A stretch of 64,000 nt of DNA from Chrysomallon squamiferum. Lineage: Eukaryota > Animalia > Mollusca. Shown in pieces: positions 1 through 11,924 of the stretch (its first letter is position 1; each line of letters starts with the position of its first letter). The notes under the pieces were generated by a model. The model saw only the letters and a list, made by a program, of their open reading frames with translations. It was not told where the DNA came from and did no database searches. The stretch spans positions 12,524,001 through 12,588,000 of the forward strand of contig CM022677.1 in NCBI GenBank assembly GCA_012295275.1, written 5' to 3'. The translations under genes were made by a program, and so were the position numbers.

Positions 1-659
1 ACGTTGATTTCAAAATTGCATGATCCAAATATTGCAAACATCTCACATTAACAGTAAAACAAACAAGTTTTGAGAATTAAAAAAAAAAAAATTAATATAA
101 AAGTAATAATAATTATTATTATAATAGAAAATTAAAATAACATCACTGACTAATACATATTTAAGTACTGAGGTTTGTTAGCATTCATAAAATGAAAGAA
201 AGTTGTTTTTACACACACACGCGCATGTGCGCGAGGCATAGATACACACATACAATGATAGCAGAATATAAATATCTTTCCCTTGCTCCACACAAATAAC
301 ATATAAACAGACACCAAGGAAACATTAAATAATAAATACATGTTTAAAATAGCACTTTTATCAAATTCAAGAAATATAATAAGAGTTAAAAAAGATGCTA
401 ACACAAAAGATAGAAAGTAAAAACCTAGAAATTTGGACAGTATTGAATATTCACTAGACATAATTAGCTGATATAACACTGATCAAAAAGTTTCTATAAA
501 ATATGAATGCCACCCATATTTTACACCTGTACTGTCAAAGATACATCTAAAAATAATATTAAAACATCTTCATAAAGTAAATTGTTGATACAGTACTTTA
601 TCAAATACTTAACAAAAACTAAAACAATATTCTAAAAACCATTTATTCTAACAGATACT

Positions 660-2100
660 GTGGCTGACACATCACTAACAACCCTTTCAGACTGTTTAGT
701 TGTTTTCTCTTCTACATTGTCACTTTCCAGCTGTGGTTTGTGACCTTGTGTTCCTTCCTCGTGGTTATCTTTGTTTCACCTTGGAAAGTTATTGTCACTT
801 GTAGACCATGAAGGTTCTTCCTTCTCTGTTTTCACTAAACTATTATTAGTTAATTGTGAGTCATCTGATGATATGTTCAGTGGTTTGTTCACATCCATGT
901 TCCCATCCACTATTTCATTCTGTTTCAAATCACTTGGCGTCTCACCTTCTTCAGTGCTTTGTTTATCAACCTGTTGTAGCTTGTCTGCATCAATCTTTGA
1001 GAAAAAAGCTTTGAACTTGTTGAAGACAACCTCTGCTTTCTGTCTGATTCACTCACTACATTCCTGCTGTATGCGATCATCATCCAGTTTTTTTCTTGTT
1101 TTCATCATCATCTGCTCCCAACTTTCTTTTTTTGTTAGTTTATTTTTACTTTTTGCGTTCATCCTCTTTTACTTTAGTATCTGTTTTTGACGTTTCCTTC
1201 ACCTTTTCATCACAATGTTTATCTATGCTGTGTTGATTGGTGTCATCTTCTCTAGCAGACTGAGTTTCGATTTGCTTTCACTGCCATGTAATACTTTCCT
1301 TTTACTCGAAACAGTCAGTTCACACTGGCTGGCAAGGATTGATGACCTCCACCGTCAGTAAAAACTCCAAACGGGAAATACCCAATGTTCTTCTATGGAC
1401 CCTATCAGACTGCATTCCTAAAGATATCTATTCATAAAGATGTTCAAAGACAAGCACCACACATGAAAGAGGAGACTGGGTTTTAATGAAGGCCTGCGTG
1501 AGATTATCCACAAACCACCAGGAGAAGATATGGCTCAATGAACCAAAGGAGAGGGAACAGTGAAGTAGAGGTAACATGAACTCAAAAGTAAACAGAAAGG
1601 TGGCAGAAAACGTGTAATGGTGGAATCGAAAAAGATGTGCAAGAATATGAAGGTGAAAAGAGGGAGGATCATTAATGACACTGCAAAAAACAGATGTTTG
1701 AAGGATTTCTTGATTTGGAGGAATAAAAAGTACTGGTGTGAAAGTATAGAAAAGTCTAAGACAAAGGAAATTAAATCCACTGAAAAAATTACTGCCAGAG
1801 TGACAAAGAGTGACATAGGCATTCTTGACGTGTACAATTCTGAAAAGAGAGAATACAAACTTTAGTTTATCTTTCAAAAAATTGAGTAAAATGAAGAATT
1901 TTCATTGAACATAATAAACTGTAACAATCATTTTCTGTACTACAGCACTACAGTCCGTACATGACTTTAGTCTTATACAAACACTGTCAGTCCACAGTAA
2001 ACTGATGCCCACATATTTCTCATTAATTCACTGTTTCTACAATTCTTGTTCTCTCCTGACTCTTCATGAGCCACCGTTTTCAAGTGGAAAACGTACAAGA
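660..2100 (-). pseudogene. Decayed, apparently intronless ORF: hydrophobic multipass-like N-terminal part followed by a charged K/E/D-rich tail; family not recognised (copy 1, 3'-truncated)
   Basis: Protein-like segments on the minus strand broken by stops and frameshifts: MPMSLFVTLAVIFSVDLISFVLDFSILSHQYFLFLQIKKSFKHLFFAVSLMILPLFTFIFLHIFF, then [28 protein letters not shown], then AREDDTNQHSIDKHCDEKVKE and KKESWEQMMMKTRKKLDDDRIQQEC. Higher complexity than the flanks. No homologue recognised. Confidence 0.4.
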
Positions 2101-4634
2101 AATTATTACAAATTGAATTATATTCACAAATTTGTAAGATGTATTATTAAGTTTATCTAATTTGCATGAAATCTTGTGCTATCAGAAAAAGAATGATAAT
2201 AATAACAATAACTTTAAGGATTATCAGTGTGCTATAGGTTTGATCATGTTGAGTTTTTTTATAATCATCTTTAACAAAATATGAACAGTCTTCAATTAAT
2301 TATCTCTAATTACATATAAAGGCATTTATGTGTAATAATGAAATAGTTCTTAAAAGAAACTGATTTATATTTACACATGCTTTTTCTCTTCTGTTCATAT
2401 AGACAAAAACGTAGGGGATATTTCAGAATGTTATTGCAAAAGTAGTATGAACCATGTTAGAATATTCAACACCTGTCATTAAAAAACACAAAAATACAAC
2501 AGTCACCATGCAGGCATTTTGCACATACAGTAATATTAAAAACAAACTTACAGAAAAACACACTAGATGTGTCTAAGTAGCAACTGTCACCTTGAAGAAA
2601 TCTTTGCTTGGCAAAAATAAACTTCACCGGCTTAGCGCAATTCAAAATATAACTGAAATATAAAAAAAATAAAAATAAATCTGCATTAGCTCATTAAAAT
2701 ATATACATCTAAAAACAATGAATTACGGTCATAAAACATTGAAAAATATCCATAAATACCTATCACTTTCAAAAACTCTTTACAGATTCTTCAACCTAAG
2801 ATGTAGACAAAGTATCAGCCCTGTAGTATTTCATCATATAATGACACAAAACAAAATCAAAAAAGGAAATTAAAAAAAAAAAAAAAAAAATATTACTCAA
2901 TTAACTGAAGCCAAAAGTGGCATTAAGAACACTTCTTCTGTAGTGACTTTATTAATGCTAACTGATTGCTTAAGCTTCCACTACTTTAAAACCAAGAAGT
3001 AAAATCTTTCATAGAAACAGCTTCCAAAACAAATGACTAGCTGCACAAATTTCAAAACACTGCCCATAATAAACTCCAGGATAGTTAATACAAAATCTGA
3101 TTAACATGACCAGGGAGAGTAGCTCTCTTAATTCTTAAAGATAGTACAGATCACACTGAACATATTGTGTTATTACCGGTTGCAGTTTAAAAACAAAACA
3201 AAAAGGACAGTTATTAAATGTTTAATCACAGGAAGATGTCAGATTCTAGAGAACACTGCATCATGAACCAGGAAAGCAGGAAACTGCATCAATGTGCCAA
3301 GTTCACATTAAAAGTTACTGGCATTATTTTGCTACAGTGTTTTTAAATAAATGTTTCTTGTTCAGCAGTTTTTCTCAAACCTATCAGTTTTGATAATAGT
3401 TACAGACAACGTGCACTGGGGGAGGGGAGACAAAGCACTCTGATTATATCACCAATAGAACAAACTAACAGTGTACATGCAACGATGGCTACAACCATAA
3501 CTGTACATACTTAAACTGAACCTATTGCTAGGACAACAATTTGTTTTTTCTCAGAAGTGTTAAGTACAGTCTGGCTTAATATTTTTTAGCACAAACATAT
3601 CACTCACCTACTGGGATGACCACACACCCAACCTTAATCACTCAAAACTATCTCATAAATTTGATATGAAACAAAATAATGCAATACATATTTCAGTCAT
3701 AATATTTTCATGATTACAGATCTTCTAACATGAAAGACGCAAAAACTGAAAGAAAATAAACAGGAATTTGAAAATGTATGTTTAATCATGAAAAATTGTG
3801 TTTTAAACACTGGAAGACATTATTTACAACATATGCATGCAAATAAACACAGTTATTTTTGGCAATATTGTATCAAACCTTTTTTTTTAACCATCTTGTT
3901 GTGCACATAATTTTTAAACTACATGAACAGGTAAAATTTATTTTATCTTTATATGTAACTTCTCCTCTAAATTTGAAGCTTATTTTTCCATAATACAGCT
4001 AATATAAAAAGTATGGCCTATAAAGTGAATATAATACTTAAAACACACCAGCATTTCTCAACCTTATGAAACCCTTGACATAAGTTTCATGTCTCAGGAA
4101 TCACTACGTACAAATTACTATATGCCATTATTAATAATTTTTTCTTTTATATTTTTATTATAGTATTTTTATTTATGATAAACTTAACTGGTTTAAGTAA
4201 ACAAATGATGCCCTTTTTTGGCAAAACTATTGGGATTGGTACCATGGAGAGACATCACTAAATATATTCCTTATAATTGTAACTAATCACTAAATATATT
4301 CCTTATGATTGTTATAACTTTAACTAATAGAAGAGCTGAAGCCTATATTATTATAACCAAGACTTTCTTGGTAATCTGCTGTACATGTATAATAAAGTTA
4401 AAATATGAAATCAAAAATGTGTTAGCCTATCTATCTCTATTTCACAAGCACCCTCCGGTGATATCTAGCCAAACCCTGCTCATCTACACTGACAGAACTT
4501 TCAAAAACAGGCAAAAGCAATGTAAAAAACGAGAAATATATCAAATTAATATTTTAATACCTTAATACTAATGAAAAGTTTGTATTCCATAGGACACTAT
4601 CAAATCTGAGATGTGATGGTTACAGCTGTTTCCA

Positions 4635-4666
<32 letters not shown>

Positions 4667-4928
4667 ATATGTTTGCAAGCTGAAGGTCAGACTGAAGTGG
4701 CATTTGTTGGTCATTTGTCACTAAAATCTAACTGCATGTTTAATAATTCTTCATTGAGCTTGTTAGAATGACAACAGTCTACCAGTTTTTAACTTGGCCA
4801 AACAAACTTCCTTCAGTTGGGAGTATTCTTCTTTCACAATTAGCAACAACTCTGCAGCATTAGCAAGACTCAGCTCCTTTTTCTCTGCAGTGTTTAACTT
4901 CTACATTTTCTTCTCTTGTTGGCTACAA

Positions 4929-5205
4929 TTTTAGATGGGATGTCATTCTGACACGTTCTTGTTCTTGCCTGAGTTCTGTTTATGCTATTACCACACGAGA
5001 TTGATCATTCGATGTAAGTATATCCTGACAATGCTGCCCTGTTTGCTATTGATATGTCTGGTTTCAGTAGCTGGTGAAAGTGAACAACATCCTGTTCTTT
5101 TAGCTGTAACGTTACTGCATACTTTCGATACCGCTGTCATTGTTACAAATTCTGATGCTGCGTGTTGTTTCGCTTTTTATAAACTATTCTGCTTCTTACC
5201 TTCGT
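4929..5205 (-). pseudogene. Thrombospondin type-1 (TSP1) repeat fragment, truncated by the copy-1 deletion
   Basis: Minus strand reads SGYTYIE*SISCGNSINRTQARTRTCQNDIPS, a (C)SxSCG...RxRxC TSP1 pattern with TGA at the Cys position. Paralogous to about 58739-59015. Confidence 0.65.
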
Positions 5206-5697
5206 ACTGTTTGCGCACTATATTAAAACATATTATTATTACTATTATTGTCGCCGTCGTTGGCGTCGTGTCTGCGTTGTCCTGCACGGTATTCTTGTCT
5301 TTGTCATTATTCTTTTGAGCTTTTTATTAACTGCTGTCCTTAATTTCTTGGTGTGTAGATCCTATTTCAAAATATATTATTGCTATTTGTATTCATGTTG
5401 ACGTCGTCGTTCTTAACGTTATTGGTGTAACACTATTGGCGTCGTTTTTGAGTTGTTCTTTGCGCTTTTGGAGTAGTTTTAATTATTCTGTACCGCTTTT
5501 TATTAAGTGTTTTCCTCACTTTGTTAGTGTGAGCATCCCACATTAAAATATATTATTATTGTTTCTATTAATGTCGCCGAGGTTGCTGTCGTGTCTGCAT
5601 TGTCTATAACATTTCTGAACTACTTCTCGTTATTATGTTCCGCTTGTTATTAACTATTGTTCTGACTTTCGTAGTGTTCGCACCCAATATTAAAATA

Positions 5698-5751
<54 letters not shown>

Positions 5752-6302
5752 CATCATTATTATTATTATTATTATTGTCGCCATCGTTGGTGTCGTGTCG
5801 GTGTAGTTGTCATCGTATCTGGCCTATTTTTGCACTTTTCATTATTGCTTGTCGCTTTTTGTTAACTATTATTCTTACCTGTATTAAAATATTTATTATT
5901 ATTTTTATCAACGTCGACGTCGTATTTGCGTTGACCTTAACGTAATTTACGACCTGGTCATTATTCTTTTCAGGTTTTTATTAACTTCTATTCCTACCTG
6001 CTTAGTGTGCACATCCTGTTTCAAAACATATTACTGTTATTTGTATTAATGTGGACGTCGTAGCCACGTATCTGCGTTGTTCTTGACGTTATTATTGTTT
6101 TTCGAATTTTTATGGTTTTTTAATAATAAAAAATTGTATTAACTGTTATTCTTTCTTCTTATTATTATTCCTATTGATGTCGCCGTCGTTGTAGTCGTGT
6201 CCACGTAGTTCTTAACGTTTTTGAACTATTTCTCGTTATTCTGTTGCGCTTTTTATTAACTATTGTTCTTACTTTCGTGTGTGCGCACCTAATATTAAAA
6301 TA

Positions 6303-6354
<52 letters not shown>

Positions 6355-6470
6355 ATTAACGTCGCCATCATTGGAGTTGTGCCTCCTTTGTACTTCTAAT
6401 GTTATGTTGTCTTTTTCAGTAACTGTTATTCTTACTTTCGTGTTAAAATGTCCTATTAAAATGCATTATT
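5200..6470 (+). repeat. Diverged ~130-150 bp satellite with a CpG-rich core and (TAT)n expansions
   Basis: Recurrent motif attaatgtcgccgtcgtt...gttcttaacg...ttttattaact...aaaatatattatt near 5244, 5392, 5567, 5771, 5907, 6045, 6173 and 6355. Confidence 0.8.
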
Positions 6471-7034
6471 GTTTCAGATAATACCTTCCTTGTATGACTC
6501 TCTGCTGATATTCATCATCAAGAGCTGGTAACTCTCTCTCTAGATAGATTCATCTCAGTATTACTTATTTTTCTTTTACATACATATATGTGTTCAGAAC
6601 GACTACTAACCCAAAATATAAAATAAATCACAACCGTTTATACGACAAAATAAAAATAAATAAATAAATAAATAAGAAAGAAAAACTCCTTCAACTAACC
6701 TCACGGCTGTTTATACGACAAAACTGAGATTCATAGAAATTGATAGAAATTGAATTCATCAAACCTGATCAAAAAAGAATTCTCTGTCTTAGAAAAATGA
6801 AATATTTTATTATAAACGACATTAACGTTATGAATGATTTTGTGAAATTAACGTAAAACAGAAGCGTAATATGTTCGCTCCACATCTAAATACGAATATG
6901 TTCTTTAGACGAAATATTAACATTAAAATTATATTCACGTTATTAAAATTTAATTCTTAATATGCCGTGTACATTTTCAATGAAAATAGGATTCCTTCGG
7001 TAACGTTATTAGCTATACAACACAGTACATTGAA

Positions 7035-7069
<35 letters not shown>

Positions 7070-8109
7070 CGCACACACACATACACACACACACACAATT
7101 TTGTTTTTCCCAAAAAATTAATGTCCTTCTCATTGTATACTGATAAATGATGGTCTTTCATGTTAAGTTATTTTATTATTAACAGAAACAGGACTATACC
7201 GAAAAGCGCGATATGTTAGATGAAGATTGTACTTACTGTTGTATTGATGTTACTGACAATATGTGATATTTTATTTTATGACCGTAGTAACATCAGATTC
7301 CGCGACATAATTTACATCTCTCGCTCTATAGGAAATTACACGATTAACCTAAAATTCAGGGGTTATTTATCAAATTATTTAATTAAAAATATGTCTGTTT
7401 CAGATTAATTTTAAAAAGATTTTATAACAATAAAAAATAAGAAGCAATTTTTGTATACACTTTCAGAACAGTTCTAATGAAACTAAGAGAATAGCGTCAA
7501 CAAAATAAAAAATAATAATAAAGAAGCGAGAAGGCGCGATATTAAGGTGTTATTATTGTTGTCATTGTTCTATTATTGACAAATATAATGCTTGTTATAT
7601 TGATAATTACTGGTGGAGCGGTTATATTAATATCTAATGTAATACGAGAACTTCAGGTATAATAAGAAATATAAAGTATATTACACTGCGCTGATAAAAT
7701 TTCGCAGTCTCAATTATCGTAATAAAACAACATGTTAACCTTGTTTGTTCTCAGCTAATCACTATAAACTGTCGTGATTCCAGGGAATTAACTCTGAGAT
7801 GTTTAAATGTACGATATTAACAAAATCTGACATATATATACTGTTCTTTTTCCTATATAATATTGTTAATTAAAAAAAAAACGTACTCTGTATTTTCTAA
7901 AACAGTGTGTTAATATTACCGCTACACCTCTGTTGAGAAACTAATGACGTCTAATACAGATAGTGATGGCTGCGTTAAAACTGCAAGTGATATTTTCATG
8001 ACGCTGAGTCAAGTATCTGTGTGTGTCTCTGTGTCTGCTGAACATTAATCTTACCTTTCAGCAACTTCTTTTCAATGATCCATTTCCCCATCCACGCAAT
8101 AATCAGGTG

Positions 8110-8730
8110 TACATCAAGACGTTAAGAGCAATACTGGAACGACGGCAATGACGACCTCATTAATAGAAAGAGTAATGATATTTTTTTTAATGTCGGATGT
8201 GGACACTAATTGCAATACTTAATAAAAGAACAAATAATAAGGTTGAAAGCAACGTCGTTACGACGACATTAATAAACGTAATAATAATATATTTTAATAT
8301 AGACGGGCCGTGTCAGAAAATATAAATAACTGCGAATAAAAAAGCTAAGAGGAATGATGAGGAGTGCACCAATAACTTTAGGAACGGCGTTCGTACCATG
8401 TCAACGACGGCGACATTAATAGAAATCACAATAACATATTTCAATAGGTGATTCGCCCGCTCAGAAAGTATGAGGAATGATTTATAAAAAAAAGCTAAAG
8501 AATAATGAGACCTCTACGCTAGCTAGAAACAACGCCGTTACGACGGCGACATTAATAGAAATACAGGCGCACGGCCACAAAATAAGAGAACAGCGAATAA
8601 AAAGCGAAAAAGAATAACGAGATGTACACCAAGACGTTAAGAACAATACTGGAACGACGGCAGTGACGGCCTCGTTAATAGAAAGAGTAACGATATTTTT
8701 TAACGTAGGATGTGCACACGAATTGCCATA
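8110..8730 (-). repeat. Same ~140 bp satellite family in the opposite orientation
   Basis: cgacattaata motif near 8264, 8411 and 8547; caagacgttaagaRcaatactggaacgacggcaRtgacg near 8116 and 8631. Reverse complement of the 5200-6470 unit. Confidence 0.8.
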
Positions 8731-8771
8731 CTTAATGAAAGGGAAAAGAATATTTTTTATTTTTTTTCAGA

Positions 8772-9227
8772 GCTGATGTTTTCAGATGTATTGGTAAATT
8801 CCTGGACAATAATAAGCAACTTATTCTAGTATGAGTTGTAAGCTTTGTGGTTTTATTTGGTGCATTAATATAAATTATAAGAAGAAAGAAAAAGTAGGTT
8901 AAAAAAAATAACAACACCGTTTATTTGAAGTTTACGGTGAACGATTGGCTAATAATAAAAAAATATAAATAAATAACTAAATAAATAAATAAAAGAAGAA
9001 CCACATCGATTTATAATTTTTTATTTTATTTGTTTTGAACATTAATTTAATATTTTTTTAAAATTTATTTTTTGTTATCTTATTTGCAGAAAAATGCGGG
9101 ATGATTTCGGTCTTAGCGGATTTACTTTCTTGTTGGATGTTCGAAGAATAGTCTACAGAATTGGGATAATCGCATTATCATGCAACAAAAAAGTTGCTCA
9201 ATGTATTTCATTTTGTGAAGGAGACAG
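8772..9227 (+). pseudogene. Two decayed exon-like pieces encoding hydrophobic segments; paralogous to the 5' exons of the 13690-19705 gene
   Basis: tttttcag|...FLDNNKQLILV*VVSFVVLFGALI*IIRRKKK, and tttgcag|9090-9227|gtatta reading ...GFTFLLDVRRIVYRIGIIAL... Copies on the minus strand at about 19225-19700 and 54999-55475. Confidence 0.4.
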
Positions 9228-9462
9228 GTATTACTATTTATTATTATAGTTGTTAATGGGTTTGGATGTTTTTTGTTTTATTTAATTATAATTTAAAAGT
9301 GATACACGTGATGGCAGCCATCTTATTTTGGAATAATATTTATTTATTTATTTATTTATTTATTTTCAGTTTTTTTTTGCAAATAACGACACTCGATTAG
9401 TAATAACATTCACCAGAGGTTGTACTAATGTGAACAGCATAAACAACGTCATAAAAAGAAAT

Positions 9463-9662
9463 NNNNNNNNNNNNNNNNNNNNNNNNNNNNNNNNNNNNNN
9501 NNNNNNNNNNNNNNNNNNNNNNNNNNNNNNNNNNNNNNNNNNNNNNNNNNNNNNNNNNNNNNNNNNNNNNNNNNNNNNNNNNNNNNNNNNNNNNNNNNNN
9601 NNNNNNNNNNNNNNNNNNNNNNNNNNNNNNNNNNNNNNNNNNNNNNNNNNNNNNNNNNNNNN
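9463..9662. other. Assembly gap (200 N)
   Basis: Exactly 200 N, a fixed-size scaffolding gap. Confidence 1.
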
Positions 9663-10707
9663 CGAGGAAAAAGAGAGACCGAAAGAGTCAGTCAGACAGA
9701 GAGAGATAGACACAGAGACCGAGAGAGTCACACAGAGAGACAGAGATAGACAGAGAGAGAAAGAGAGATAAGAGAAAGAGATAGAGAGTGAGAGAAGGTG
9801 AGAGACAGAGAAAGATACTAACCATTAAGAAAATACAAATCATTAACCAAATACTAACCTTTAACCAAATACTAACCATTACTAACATCCGCTACGTGTA
9901 CTAAACCACACCATGGTGTATGTGTGGCAACATTTCCAAAGGGAATGGCTAATTAGTACATTAATATAACATTATTTTGGTTAGATAGATTATGATAGAT
10001 AAATAGAAATACCTACATACAGATATAGTTACTGAAGATAGATGAACAAATGGATACATAGGGTATTGCTACTTTTTCTAATTTTGAATACAGTGTCATT
10101 ACTTTGAAAGCTCATTCTATATACAGATAGACAGACAGGCCAACAGAGCATAGACAGAAGTGTATGAACTTAAGAATATGTTATGACATATAAATATCTC
10201 GCTCTGGCTTTCACTGTCCAAATTACTCATCCTTACTTACCTGCATGTTTCTATCTATCTATCTGTCTATCTATATATTTGTTTTATTTCATCATCAATT
10301 TCTCTGGCTATTTTTCTATCTATGTATCTGTCTGTTTGTTGATCAACCTGTGGTGTAGCTTAATCTTATTACCTGTCTAGCTAACCATTCATTCATCACT
10401 ATATCCATTTACCTATATATATATATATATATATGGGAAAAATAATTATTATTTCTATTACATTTTATTATTGTATCTACAGGAAAGACAAGATTCTGGA
10501 ATCAGCTTCAGTTACAAGAATAGGGAGAAAAATTTAAACAGATGAGGTGTCTACTGATATGGAACAATTATTATTCACAAAAGATGGATTTTTCTTTCCA
10601 AAGCAGTTTCCTAACCTATCAATCTATTTTTCAAGCGATCAATACATCTATCTATCTCTACATCAAGCTATCTTACCCTCTCAGTTACAAATAGCACAGT
10701 CTATTTT

Positions 10708-10755
<48 letters not shown>

Positions 10756-10965
10756 ACGTATACACTCTCTCTATTTATATCATATTTAATTATTTAAATA
10801 CATTCTTTTTATCTATTTATCTATCTATAAATATATTTATTTATCTATTTATCCCATATACATAAGCAACAGACTCGGTCTTTCTTACAGGATGCAGTAT
10901 ATACTCATGCCTCCTTGCATCTATCTAGCTTTCTTCTGTCTATCAATTTACCTCTCTGTCCACCC

Positions 10966-11003
<38 letters not shown>

Positions 11004-11438
11004 CTTTAAACACACAAATAAATTATCATTACTACACGTTATGTATGTGTGTGTATACATCTGTATATATATATATATATATATATACACATACCCATTC
11101 CTTAACATACATGTCTATCTATATGTCTGTCAGTCTGTCTACAAATCAATCTACCAAACTAGTAACATACCTACATATCAGTTTATCTCTCTAGCTTATA
11201 CATCTATTTTTCAATAACCATCTATCAATAATATGTCCAGCTCTCTGAATATCTAACTATATACTACTTCAAACCTCGCTATCTTGCTGAATGTCTATGT
11301 AATCTATCTGTATATATTTCTGTGTGTGTATTTATACAGAGATAAATAGTTACATCTTTCTGTATTTATATCTTTTATCTATCTATATAATCTATCTGTA
11401 TTTATTTCTATATATGTATCTATATATATATATATATA

Positions 11439-11494
<56 letters not shown>

Positions 11495-11873
11495 CTATTT
11501 GTACTTATTTCTATATATCTATATATAATCTATCTGTATTTAACTCTGGATATCTACCTCGATCCAAACACAGATCCAATCCTCTGTGTTTTCTGTCTGT
11601 CTCTGTGTGTGTTTATCTATGTACATATACATGATCATATCCACTTTACCATCATATATGCTTGCACCTATCTATTTATCCATCCATCGAACTCTAAGGA
11701 AATGCCTCCCTATATATATTTCTCTATCCATCAATAACAATCCATTGAATCAGATATTCATCTTCCTGACTATCTCCCTAAATTGTTATAACTACATTTT
11801 ATATCTATCTTTCTGTGTTACTGTCCATTAATAACTCTCATTCACAATTCCCATATTTAGCCATTCTTATCAA

Positions 11874-11924
<51 letters not shown>

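Larger units (their letters stand above)
1..9462 (+). repeat. Segmental duplication unit, copy 1 (internally deleted; runs off the window at left and into a gap at right)
   Basis: 1-4927 aligns collinearly to 36709-42311 (e.g. gttgatttcaaaattgcatgatcc at 3 and 36711). 4929-9462 aligns to the reverse complement of about 59015-54762. Scattered substitutions and indels throughout. Confidence 0.95.

Noticed and set aside
771-1190. Plus-strand ORFs 771-1190 and 38217-38597, and ORFs 1617-1865 and 39026-39274, conserved between copies
   Set aside because: Antisense shadows of the minus-strand decayed ORF; their conservation reflects recent duplication.
5635-6371. Poly-Tyr, poly-Ile, (SL)n and (HT)n ORFs here and elsewhere
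   Set aside because: Translations of (TAT)n, (CT)n and (CA)n microsatellites.
9815-9890. taacc-containing repeats next to the gap as telomeric sequence
   Set aside because: A few 18-bp ttaaccaaatactaacc units, not tandem (TTAGGG)n or (TTAGG)n.
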